From Candidatus Bathyarchaeota archaeon (GTDB taxonomy: Archaea > Thermoproteota > Bathyarchaeia > Bathyarchaeales > Bathycorpusculaceae), in NCBI GenBank assembly GCA_963775895.1, contig CAVZKL010000011.1, forward strand, positions 1-64,000: 64,000 nt of DNA, given 5' to 3'. Under the pieces are notes generated by a model. It made no database searches. It saw only the letters and a program-made list of their open reading frames with translations, and was not told where the DNA came from. The translations under genes and the position numbers were made by a program. This document shows positions 29,161-38,405 of the stretch, one piece after another (position 1 is the stretch's first letter; each line of letters begins with the position of its first letter).

Positions 29161-30855
29161 TCAGTGCTCGAGCCAGGTTTTGTGCATCTTGTCGATGTTT
29201 AACTCGAACGCCGCTACAGGATTTTGAAGACCCCAATTCTGCAGCACCTGCGGGTGTACTTCACCGATTAATCCCACTTCTTTCTTTTCGACGATCACAT
29301 TTCCAACTCTTCCATCTATGAAACTCGGATGCTTCAATCCTCTTATCTGCCATCTTAGTCCAAGGTTCATGAACAGAGTGTCCAAAGCAGATTTTATCTC
29401 AGTGAAACTGGCATCAGGGTGCGAAACAGCTGCTGCGAGTGTGTAGTCGTCTCTTGTTCTTGTCTCAGCTTTCTTATCCAAGACCGTGACGGGACCAAGC
29501 TCGAAGATTCTCTGCGGATACTCAACGTGTAGGTTGCAGCTGAAGAACTCCATGAGACTTGGGAGAAGCCAGTTCCTTAGACATGTGAGAGTCTGAACTT
29601 TAGGGTTAGCAATCTCGATTATCCTCTGTTTCTTCATGTTCATCCTTGTGAACAAGTTTTCCGGGTTCGTCATGTTGTAGGTGAGCACTTCTTGAAAACC
29701 GAGTCCAACCATCAACTCTCTCGCAGCGTCCAAGAAGACTTGTTCGGGTCGTGCGCAGCCCTTTGTCGGCAATTCTCTCCAGAACGGTTTGATCCTATTG
29801 TACCCGTAGGCTATTGCAACGTCTTCAACCAGGTCGATTGGATGCATTATGTCGGTCCTGTAGCAGGGTATTTGCACGGTCATTCTATTCTTCTCAAGGT
29901 TCTCGATGCCGTAACCTGCTTTGGCAAGCATTTCAGCGATTTGCTTTGCACTGAGACTTAGGTCGAGAATTCTGTTGGCGTATCCAACCTCAAGTTCCAT
30001 TCTTGAAATGTCAAACCGCGGTGTGGTTTCGGCAAGATTATTCTCTTCATAATGTACGACTGAAGAATACGCTTTTCCGCCTCTGTCAATAAGCGACAGA
30101 GTTACTATTTTGAGGGTGTTGAGCACCGTCTCGTGATCAGTGCCTGTGACTTCGACAAGAATGTTCCTCGTTTCTTCGGTGACTTTTCCGAGGTCATTTG
30201 AGTTGATTATAGGTGGGAACGACAAGACTCTCGTTTCGCTGTCGATAAGTATCGGGTAGACAGAATGTCGGCTTACGATTGACCCGTATTCTATCCCTTT
30301 TGGATGTTCCGAGAGTATCTCCTTTAGGTTCATTTTCTTCTCGAATCCCAGTGGCACAAAGCTGATCTCGTTTGGCTTGGTGACCGTATAGCTTAACGGC
30401 GGTTTCATCAAGTCAAAGTTGTACAAGCCTATGGACGTTTTCCGTCTGTTTCTGCCGTAAGTGTGGTCCAATTTGTCCTGCAACTGCATAACGCCACGTA
30501 TCATTGGGTCGGTCAGTTTCACATTCTTGATTATTGAGCAGCCGATATAGGGCCTGATGTTCCCAAGTCTCTTGTCAACGAAGACTTCCGCTAGTGGTTT
30601 ACCTGCTGAATAAGGTTTCAACCCCTTGTCTATTCCAAGAAAACCTCGCAAGCATCTAACGAGCCCTTCGATGTTCCACAAATCAGGACGGTTTGTGTCC
30701 TTAAGCTCTATGCTCATGATGCTCGTTTTTTCGTCGAAAAGTTTCAATTCACCCTTGGCGAAAGCAAGGACTTCATCGATCTTTTCCGAGTCTCTCTTGA
30801 GGTCCATTCCTAGCATTTTTCGAAACTCGTCGTAATCCACATCTATCGTCGGCAT
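29161..30855 (-). CDS. pheT: Phenylalanyl-tRNA synthetase beta subunit
   Basis: NRPDL, QDKL, SFPPIINS, R.DIMHPIDLVEDVAIAYGY, GEVHP. Confidence 0.96.
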   Translation of the reverse strand: MPTIDVDYDEFRKMLGMDLKRDSEKIDEVLAFAKGELKLFDEKTSIMSIELKDTNRPDLWNIEGLVRCLRGFLGIDKGLKPYSAGKPLAEVFVDKRLGNIRPYIGCSIIKNVKLTDPMIRGVMQLQDKLDHTYGRNRRKTSIGLYNFDLMKPPLSYTVTKPNEISFVPLGFEKKMNLKEILSEHPKGIEYGSIVSRHSVYPILIDSETRVLSFPPIINSNDLGKVTEETRNILVEVTGTDHETVLNTLKIVTLSLIDRGGKAYSSVVHYEENNLAETTPRFDISRMELEVGYANRILDLSLSAKQIAEMLAKAGYGIENLEKNRMTVQIPCYRTDIMHPIDLVEDVAIAYGYNRIKPFWRELPTKGCARPEQVFLDAARELMVGLGFQEVLTYNMTNPENLFTRMNMKKQRIIEIANPKVQTLTCLRNWLLPSLMEFFSCNLHVEYPQRIFELGPVTVLDKKAETRTRDDYTLAAAVSHPDASFTEIKSALDTLFMNLGLRWQIRGLKHPSFIDGRVGNVIVEKKEVGLIGEVHPQVLQNWGLQNPVAAFELNIDKMHKTWLEH

Positions 30856-30856
30856 G

Positions 30857-32368
30857 CTAGACGATCTCCTTTGTTCTTAACCACTGCAGGTCATTCGAGA
30901 AGAGACTTCGAATGTCGCTGATCTTGGCTTTCACCATGAACAGCCGATCTATGCCCAACCCCCATGCAATCACCGGGACTTTTATTCCCAAAGGCAACGT
31001 CACTTCCGGTCTGAACATTCCTGAACCTCCAAACTCCACCCAACCCAAGCCTTCTTTGTAAGCGCTCAACTCGACGCTCGGTTCAGTGAAAGGATAGTAA
31101 TCAGGTTTCAGCCTGACCTTTTCTGCTTCAGCTATCTCCGTCGCGAAGGTAACAAGAATTCCCAGCAGATCTCGAAGATTCAGGTTCTCATCAACAACGA
31201 TTCCTTCAACCTGATTGAACTCGGTCAGATGGACCGGATCCAAAACGTCAGGTCTATAACATCGCGCGATTGAGAAGTACCTGCCTGGAACCTGTAAATC
31301 CTTGCTCAGAAGGGTCCTTGCGCTGAGACAGGTTCCGTGGCTACGCAAAATAAGTCGTTTTGCTTCTTGAACTGAATATTTGTAGCGCCATCCGGTTGAA
31401 CCTGTTTTCCATCCGTTCTCATGAGTTTGCTTGACATCGCGAAAAACTTTTCGTTCTGCACCTATGGTCCCGTACTTCGGAGATTTCACAAGGTATATGT
31501 CCATGATTTCTCGTGCAGGGTGATCCTGCGGCGTGTTGAGAGCATCGAAGTTGAAGAATGATGTTTCGACGTTGGTACCAGTCATCTCCCTGAAACCCAG
31601 GTTGATGAGCTTCGCTTTCACTTCTTCAAGGAAACGGAGGTATGGATGTTTCTTGCCAGCCCAAGTTCTTGCAACGGGCGCTTCTATGTTGTATTTTTGA
31701 AGGGTCACCTTTCGCCATTTACCAGTTATGATTAGTTCAGGCGTGAGCTGCGTCACTTCCACAGTCGTCTTGAGACCTCTTTTGACGACCGCGGTTCCAG
31801 CTTCTGTCAATTCGATTTCTCTTTGCGTTCTCTCTTCGACCTCGAGCAGTTTTCTGCCTTTTAGCAGTCGAAAAGCATCTTGAAGTTCCCTGTTCAGATT
31901 CTCAACGACGTTTTCTTTCTCTTCGTCAAGTCGCTTGATCAGTTTCTCGTCGTTACCCAGCTCAGGGCTTCCATGCATCTTTAAAATACCTGTCTTGGAT
32001 TCGAGGGTCGCCCATTTTTTTCGCTGAATCCAACCAAGTGCTATGGGGACAGACTGCTTTTCCAGTCTGGCTTTTTCGATTATCTTGGCAAGCGGGGCCT
32101 GACCGCCTAATTCTTCTATTGCGTTTGACATTTGTCTCTCTGGGAGCGCTTTCTCGGCATACGATTTGCCTTCAGCGTTGAGTCTTATCGCGGTCTGTTT
32201 TTTTTCATGGATTTGAACAAGGTTTTTTTCTTTCAATGTTAATGCTGCGCGCATCACTGCAGCGTCTGGAAGTCCACTCTGTTTTATCAATTCGTCAGCT
32301 GATGCTTTGCCGCCCAAGCTCGCGAGAGTTGAAAGTGTTTTTGTTTCGTGTTCTCTTAGCTCAACCAT
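30857..32368 (-). CDS. pheS: Phenylalanyl-tRNA synthetase alpha subunit
   Basis: NFDAL..PQDHPAR, EFNQVEG, YYPFTEPS, GSGMFRPE, WGLGIDRL. Confidence 0.96.
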   Translation of the reverse strand: MVELREHETKTLSTLASLGGKASADELIKQSGLPDAAVMRAALTLKEKNLVQIHEKKQTAIRLNAEGKSYAEKALPERQMSNAIEELGGQAPLAKIIEKARLEKQSVPIALGWIQRKKWATLESKTGILKMHGSPELGNDEKLIKRLDEEKENVVENLNRELQDAFRLLKGRKLLEVEERTQREIELTEAGTAVVKRGLKTTVEVTQLTPELIITGKWRKVTLQKYNIEAPVARTWAGKKHPYLRFLEEVKAKLINLGFREMTGTNVETSFFNFDALNTPQDHPAREIMDIYLVKSPKYGTIGAERKVFRDVKQTHENGWKTGSTGWRYKYSVQEAKRLILRSHGTCLSARTLLSKDLQVPGRYFSIARCYRPDVLDPVHLTEFNQVEGIVVDENLNLRDLLGILVTFATEIAEAEKVRLKPDYYPFTEPSVELSAYKEGLGWVEFGGSGMFRPEVTLPLGIKVPVIAWGLGIDRLFMVKAKISDIRSLFSNDLQWLRTKEIV

Positions 32369-32650
32369 CGTTTTGCCCTTCACCAGTGTGATGAACTGGA
32401 ATCGGTAATCTAGTTACGCGAGTCACAATAAAAGTGTGTATCTTCTCCGATGCTCTTTGGCTAGAAGTAGCGCGTCTGTTCAACGAAATTGGCAGGGCAT
32501 CACGGATCCACTGCAATGAAACAGCTGGCACCATATTTATGCCTTGTTCCATGGATTTGCATGTGGAAGATCATGTCACGCGTCTCACGCAAGATTTAAT
32601 ACGTTTTCATCTTATTGTAATAGAGCTAAGCTAATTGGACGGCTTCAAGT

Positions 32651-33782
32651 TTGGCTGATGAAGAAAAGAATGAAATGGTCGTTACACCTTGGGAAGTCAG
32701 GGGAAAGGTTGACTACGAACGTCTGATCCGCGAGTTCGGAACGCAGCCTTTGACAGAGGAACTTCGACAGCGACTCGCCAAGTACATGGGCAGCGTCCAC
32801 ATCCAACTGCGAAGAGAACTATTCTTTTCTCACAGAGATTTGGATGCGGTGCTTGACCTGTACGAGAAGGGCGTCAAGTTCGTGTTGTACACCGGGCGGG
32901 GTCCTTCAGGTCCAGTTCACATAGGACACTTGGTTCCTTGGATATTCACTAAGCACCTCCAAGAAGCGTTTGGTACGAGACTTTATTTTCAAATGACCGA
33001 TGATGAAAAATTCGTAATTGATGATGAGCGAGTCTTGTCCGAGACAACGAAGTTGGCTTATGACAACGCTTTGGATCTGATTGCCCTCGGCTTTGAACCG
33101 AAGAACACCTTCATTATTTATGATGTTCAAGACATCGATTTGCTCTACGACATCGCGTTAGAAGTGGCTAAACGCATAACCTATTCTACGGCGCGGTCAA
33201 CGTTCGGCTTTCAAGACAGCACTAACCTTGGCTGGATATTCTACCCTGCAGTGCAAGCTGTTCCCTGCTTCATCCACAAGAAGCTGACGGGCGAAAACGT
33301 TCCTGCCCTTATACCTGCGGCCATAGATCAAGATCCCTTTTGGAGGATCACGCGTGATATCGCTGCCAAGATAGGTTGCTATAAGCCAGCGCAAATTCAC
33401 AACCGATTTCTCGCCAGGTCTCGGCGTGGGTGGGAAAATGAACGCTTCAGAACCCGAAACCGCCATCTTCACAACCGACGCTCCCGAACTCGTGAAACAG
33501 AAGATTTGGAGAGCGTTCACAGGGGGAAAAGGAACAGTGGCCGAGCAGAAAAAGTTGGGCGCCGACCCAGACGTGTGCACGGTGTTCCAGTATTTTCTCT
33601 ATCTGTTTGAGGAAGATGACAAGAAACTTGCAGAAAGAAACAGACGTTGCAAGGCCGGCGAGGTTCTGTGCGGAGACTGCAAGAAAGATCTGACTGAAAG
33701 GGTGAACAAGTTTCTGGGTGAACACCAGAAAAGACGTGAAAAAGCAAAGAGCACGATAGACAAGTTCCACATCAAAAGATAG
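32651..33782 (+). CDS. trpS: Tryptophanyl-tRNA synthetase (frameshift near 33412)
   Basis: VTPWEV, YTGRGPSG.VHIGH, DQDP; KMNAS and AFTGG in the second frame. Confidence 0.94.
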
Positions 33783-33873
33783 GTCGAAAACCATGCGTCA
33801 GAGGACGGAAAAGCTGAAATTCAAATCGTATTTGCTTATGCATTTCTATGAGTGCAAGAGTGAAGTGTGACTT

Positions 33874-34779
33874 ATGAGTGAGCTGGACAAGGAAGCTCTG
33901 AGTAAACTTCAGCTTTCAGGCAAGATTCTGCGCGAAACTCGCGAAGAAATGAAAAATTACGTGCGGGAAGGAATGCCGATCATAGAAATCTGCGAAAAAG
34001 CAGAGAATCTGATCAGGCAGAAAGGTGCAAAGCCCGCGTTTCCATGCAACGTTTCTGTGAACGAGGTCGCTGCGCATTACACTTCCCCGCCTAATGACAC
34101 TAAGAGAATTCCCGAGGGCTCGGTGGTGAAAGTTGACATTGGCGCACATGTTGACGGTTACTTGACGGATACAGCGGTTACGGTGTGTTTTAACCCCGAG
34201 TATGTGAGCATGGTGGAAACGGCTGAGCGGGCTTTGAAAGTGGCGGTAGAGAATATTCGCCCAGGAGTATCAACCTCAAAGCTAGGGTCAATAATCGAGG
34301 CTACAATAAAATCAAGAGGCTTCAAACCGATTTCTAACCTCACGGGGCATCAGGTTGGCCGTTACATCGTACACACGGGCACGTCCCTGCCGAACGTATC
34401 ACAGCTGTTCTCTTCAAAGCTCAAGCTCGGAGGAACTTATGCCGTTGAACCTTTCGTAACGCTTCCGAATGCTGTTGGAAGAGTAGAAGATGGTGATGAA
34501 GCCGCGATCTTTCGTTTTATCAAGTCCAGATCACTGAAGAACGCCTATGCAAGGCAGCTTTTGAAGTACGTTGAAAGCAACTTCCGAACACTTCCTTTCG
34601 CTGAACGTTGGTTGCAAAACGTCGTGCCTGGAGAGAGTTATGGAAATGCTTTCCGTGAACTGTTGGCTTCAAAGTGTCTTATGCAGTATCCTGTTTTTGT
34701 TGAAGCCAGTGGAAAAACGGTTGCTCAGGCTGAACACACAGTCATTGTCGTAGAGGACGGGTGTGCCGTTCTAACCTAA
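33874..34779 (+). CDS. map: Methionine aminopeptidase type II
   Basis: AFPCN, AAHYT, KVDIGAHVDG..TDTA, NLTGH, AVEPF, AQAEHT. Confidence 0.96.
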   Translation: MSELDKEALSKLQLSGKILRETREEMKNYVREGMPIIEICEKAENLIRQKGAKPAFPCNVSVNEVAAHYTSPPNDTKRIPEGSVVKVDIGAHVDGYLTDTAVTVCFNPEYVSMVETAERALKVAVENIRPGVSTSKLGSIIEATIKSRGFKPISNLTGHQVGRYIVHTGTSLPNVSQLFSSKLKLGGTYAVEPFVTLPNAVGRVEDGDEAAIFRFIKSRSLKNAYARQLLKYVESNFRTLPFAERWLQNVVPGESYGNAFRELLASKCLMQYPVFVEASGKTVAQAEHTVIVVEDGCAVLT

Positions 34780-35198
34780 ACTCGTACGTGTTCTTTTTCT
34801 TTGTCTTTTACTTCTCTGTAAATCGCGGTGATGAGCATTTTGTCGTTGCATTTTTGGCAGGGTTCGCCTTCTTTGAATATGTAGTCTCCTCTCTGAAACT
34901 CTCTGACGTTCTTGAAGCCACATTTCTTGCATTCAATTGTCGTCACTACTGGAGGAACCACAATCCTCATTTTTGCCAGTCTCCTGCGTGTCTGGAAAAG
35001 CACGTAGGTGGACAATGCGACTCCGAGGAATCCAAGGAGCAGAAGAACCGACGCGGCTTCCGAGCTTTGATCAATCGTGCTTATCCCGAATATCAGCGCA
35101 ACGAACGATAACGCAAGTGTTACGAAAACCACAATTAACAGAAATGAGGATATTCTTGTCGTTGGGGCTGTTCCTTCAGTCTTGCTCATCTCATTCAT
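34776..35198 (-). CDS. Membrane protein with C-terminal zinc ribbon
   Basis: Two TM helices, C.KCGFKNVREF.RGDYIFK...C.KC. Confidence 0.8.
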   Translation of the reverse strand: MNEMSKTEGTAPTTRISSFLLIVVFVTLALSFVALIFGISTIDQSSEAASVLLLLGFLGVALSTYVLFQTRRRLAKMRIVVPPVVTTIECKKCGFKNVREFQRGDYIFKEGEPCQKCNDKMLITAIYREVKDKEKEHVRV

Positions 35199-35201
35199 CT
35201 C

Positions 35202-36347
35202 CTACTGTCCAATTCCGATCGTGTTACCAATGCCGGCGATGATGATCTTGTCGCCCTCTTTTGTCCTTTCCATGACAACCTCTTTTATCCTGTCGAGCAC
35301 CGTGTTGATCGAGTCGAATATCTCTTTGCGCATGGGTGAAACGGCGTCCCCCGTGTCTTCTTTAACTATCACCGCGTTTATCGGGATGTGATACTTAACG
35401 AGTTTCTCTTCAATCTTGTACTGGTCAACGCCTGGACCACCGATCGCTGCACCTACGCCTTCGGCAACTTCTCCAAGTTCCTCGCCTTCAAGCTTCAGCG
35501 CGGCGTCGATCATCACCACCATCGCGACTTTCCCTTCGTTTTCTTCGATAACTTTCTCTATGGCGTCGCCTGGTTTGCCAACGTTTCCTCCTGGTCCCTC
35601 GGCTTTTATGACGAAGGCTGTACGTCCTTCAAAGGGGATGGTTGAAACCACGCAGTCCTTCTCGAGTTTGCGCGTCTCGTGACCATGCATTAGCCCTGCT
35701 GCTACGAGTGCGCCTGCGCCGTCGCCTATCGGCTGACCATACGCAAAGGCTTTCAGTGCGCTTGCATAGGCTTCTGCTTCTTTCATTATCATTGGTAAAA
35801 TCATTTGTATCTGCATGATGATGTAGAGGCTGAGAGTTTTCTTGCCCAACAAATAGAAATGTCTTATCACTTTGTAGATGAAGTTCAGGGCCATCGCAGC
35901 CTCTAGGGTGTTCTCCAAGTTATTTGCCTGAGTCTCGTCTGCAGCCGGAGCCATCAGCTTCACCTCGTCTTTGAGGCGCGCGTCTCTGACGTCCAGTATG
36001 TGCTCTAGTTTCCAGACTACTCCAGCGGGATCCAAGGTTTGTGGGGTGATTGTGAAGTACTCTAGAAACCTGTCAACTTTTGCTGCAGGGTCGGTCTGAG
36101 GTTTCCCGATCTCTTTTATCGTTTCTATAGCGATCTTGCGTCCTTCTTCTTTGATGTACTTCAGTTTGTAGAGTGAACCTTCAACTTCTCTGATCATGAC
36201 GTAAGTTTGAATTCTGTTTCCGTAGAAGATGAAAACTACGAATATGACGTAGAAGAGCACGTTAAGAATCCAGCTTATGCTACTGTCACCTAGGAGTCCT
36301 TGGCCAATTTGGCTCTGTATCGCCAACATTATCGCTGCGATGGTCAC
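35202..36347 (-). CDS. DUF1512 family protein
   Basis: PIGDGAG.LVA, KAEGPGG.VG.PG, IDAALKLEGE, GIGNTIGIGQ. Confidence 0.85.
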   Translation of the reverse strand: MTIAAIMLAIQSQIGQGLLGDSSISWILNVLFYVIFVVFIFYGNRIQTYVMIREVEGSLYKLKYIKEEGRKIAIETIKEIGKPQTDPAAKVDRFLEYFTITPQTLDPAGVVWKLEHILDVRDARLKDEVKLMAPAADETQANNLENTLEAAMALNFIYKVIRHFYLLGKKTLSLYIIMQIQMILPMIMKEAEAYASALKAFAYGQPIGDGAGALVAAGLMHGHETRKLEKDCVVSTIPFEGRTAFVIKAEGPGGNVGKPGDAIEKVIEENEGKVAMVVMIDAALKLEGEELGEVAEGVGAAIGGPGVDQYKIEEKLVKYHIPINAVIVKEDTGDAVSPMRKEIFDSINTVLDRIKEVVMERTKEGDKIIIAGIGNTIGIGQ

Positions 36348-36431
36348 AAACTCACCTTCGGAACACACTACTATCGGTCAGTTATAAGTTTTGGGTAATT
36401 CTCTGCCAAATTGACAGGTCAATTTGCAGTG

Positions 36432-36556
36432 GGGGTACCAGCTTTCCCGGGTTGACATGGCCGAAGACCATACTACAGCCGGAAACGGAGCGTGGTTTAA
36501 CTTCTGAGTTCGGTATGGGATCAGGTGGGACCCGCGCCCTATGGCCGGCGAACCCC
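36432..36556 (-). rRNA. rrf: 5S rRNA (unlinked from 16S/23S)
   Basis: GGCCAUAG...CACCUGAUCCCAUACCGAACUCAGAAGUUAA conserved core; GGGG/CCCC terminal helix. Confidence 0.95.
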
Positions 36557-36701
36557 AGAGTACACGGCAACCTTCTCCTCATAAGCTTATCGCTCCAACA
36601 CGGTGCATCTCTTCGAATTCTCTGCCGTGAGGAAACAACTCTGTCAACCACGCAATAACGCATATATTTAAAATCAGGAATGTCTTTCTCAATACAGCCG
36701 T

Positions 36702-36863
36702 GGGGTCGTAGTCTAGGCAGGTATGACGACGGGCTCCAGAAATCCAGAATGTGTAGAAAAGTGGAGTCGATGCGTAAGCGACAATGACGAAATTCTGGCG
36801 CGGTCATACTTACCACAGGGAGAAACCCGTAGGTCCCCCGTTCAAATCGGGGCGGCCCCACCA
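36702..36863 (+). tRNA. tRNA-Trp(CCA) with ~85-nt intron at 37/38 (~36740-36824); CCA end encoded
   Basis: Acceptor GGGGTCG/CGGCCCC-A-CCA, anticodon stem ACGGG/CCCGT with CT-CCA, T-arm CCCCG-TTCAAAT-CGGGG. Confidence 0.92.
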
Positions 36864-37075
36864 ATAGCCTTTTTCCGCGAAAATGGAAAAATTGATGCTA
36901 CGCTTAAGAAAGCGCGTCAGAACAACTATTCTTGGCAGGTTTCTCGCGCTCTCAGAACGGCGACGAAGAAACAACATAGCTTCATCAGGCTTGGAATACT
37001 TAAATAACGACGCGCAATCCAAGTCTGTCTGAATGTGTCAGTTGACTCTGGTCCGTGGTGCAGAGAGTGAACAAA

Positions 37076-38041
37076 ATGAGAGTTCTGATTTCTTTTGATT
37101 TGCCAGAAATCGACGTTCAGAAGATCAAAAGTGTTTCCCGGAGCCTTGAAGTTTTGCAGAGCAAAGACAGGGAAGAGGCTTTGCGTCTCATCGAGGATGC
37201 AGACGTACTGTTTGCTGGTTTCTTCTCGAGAGACCTGTTCCTCGCAGCGCGAAGGCTGAAATGGATCCAAGCGTGGGGGGCCGGCGTTGACAGGTTGCTT
37301 CTTCCAGAAGTAGTGAAGAGCCGGGTAGTAGTGACTAACGCCGGAGGCGTCCATCCCACACCGATCTCCGAACACGTCATCGGATTGATGCTCTGTTTCA
37401 GCCGAAAACTGCATTCGTTCATCAGGAACCAGATCCAGAGGAAATGGGAACGATACGAATCGTCGGAATCAATAGAACAGATTGAGGAGTTGTCAGGCAA
37501 AACCGTTGGGATAGTGGGACTCGGTAGAATAGGAACGGAAATAGCGAAAAAAGCGAAATGTCTTGGGATGACAGTGGTCGCAACAAAAAGAGACTCATCT
37601 CGCTCCACGTCAACTCACGTCGATCGACTTCTTCGTTCCACTGATCTGAATAAGCTACTCGCTGAATCAGATTTTGTCGTTCTTTCGTTGCCCCTTACTG
37701 AAGAGACGCAAGGGATGATTGGAGAATCACAACTGAAAAACATGAAGCCTACCGCTTACCTCATCAATGTAAGCAGAGGAAAAATAGTTCAAGAAAACAA
37801 GCTCATCAAAGCACTGAAACAAGAATGGATTGCAGGAGCTGGTCTAGACACTTTTGAGAACGAACCCCTGCCTGAGAACAGCGAACTCTGGGGCTGCAAA
37901 AACGTGATAATAACCCCCCACGTCGCAGGGCAAACACCCTATTACATGGAACGTTTGACAAACATTTTCTGTGAAAACCTAAAAAAGTTCATTCACAAAG
38001 AACCTTTAATCAACGTAGTGGACAAGACTCTCGGATACTGA
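37076..38041 (+). CDS. D-2-hydroxyacid dehydrogenase
   Basis: AGVD, GIVGLGRIG, LPLTEET, INVSRG, GLDTF..EPL, ITPHVAG. Confidence 0.93.
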   Translation: MRVLISFDLPEIDVQKIKSVSRSLEVLQSKDREEALRLIEDADVLFAGFFSRDLFLAARRLKWIQAWGAGVDRLLLPEVVKSRVVVTNAGGVHPTPISEHVIGLMLCFSRKLHSFIRNQIQRKWERYESSESIEQIEELSGKTVGIVGLGRIGTEIAKKAKCLGMTVVATKRDSSRSTSTHVDRLLRSTDLNKLLAESDFVVLSLPLTEETQGMIGESQLKNMKPTAYLINVSRGKIVQENKLIKALKQEWIAGAGLDTFENEPLPENSELWGCKNVIITPHVAGQTPYYMERLTNIFCENLKKFIHKEPLINVVDKTLGY

Positions 38042-38405
38042 ACCTGAAAAGCGTACCTTCAGTTCTCGCTGCGTATCGCGAATCCTTATTCTAAATTCAT
38101 AAACAGCTTAACCACCAACGCCCAAATCCACCATGCGTATTCATGCAAAATCTTGGACGTATGGCAATGTGTCACGACATGAGACGTTTTGAAAGGATGG
38201 CCGAAGAGAAGAAGCGCGGCAAGAAAGAGCAGAAAGTTGATTTCGTCGTTAACGAAATGGAAGAAGTTCCACAGGCTTCCAAGACAAAAGTCAAAGAACG
38301 TGCCAGAACGTAGCGAGTCAACTTTCAACGATGATTAAGGCAGATTCTGAAGAAACAAGTATGCCCGATATGGTTGCATTGGAGTAAGCGTTGCCAGGGT
38401 ATTAG

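Noticed and set aside
36382-37022. ORFs 36382-36864, 36452-36658, 36723-37007 and 36810-37022
   Set aside because: Shadow ORFs over the 5S rRNA and tRNA-Trp genes.
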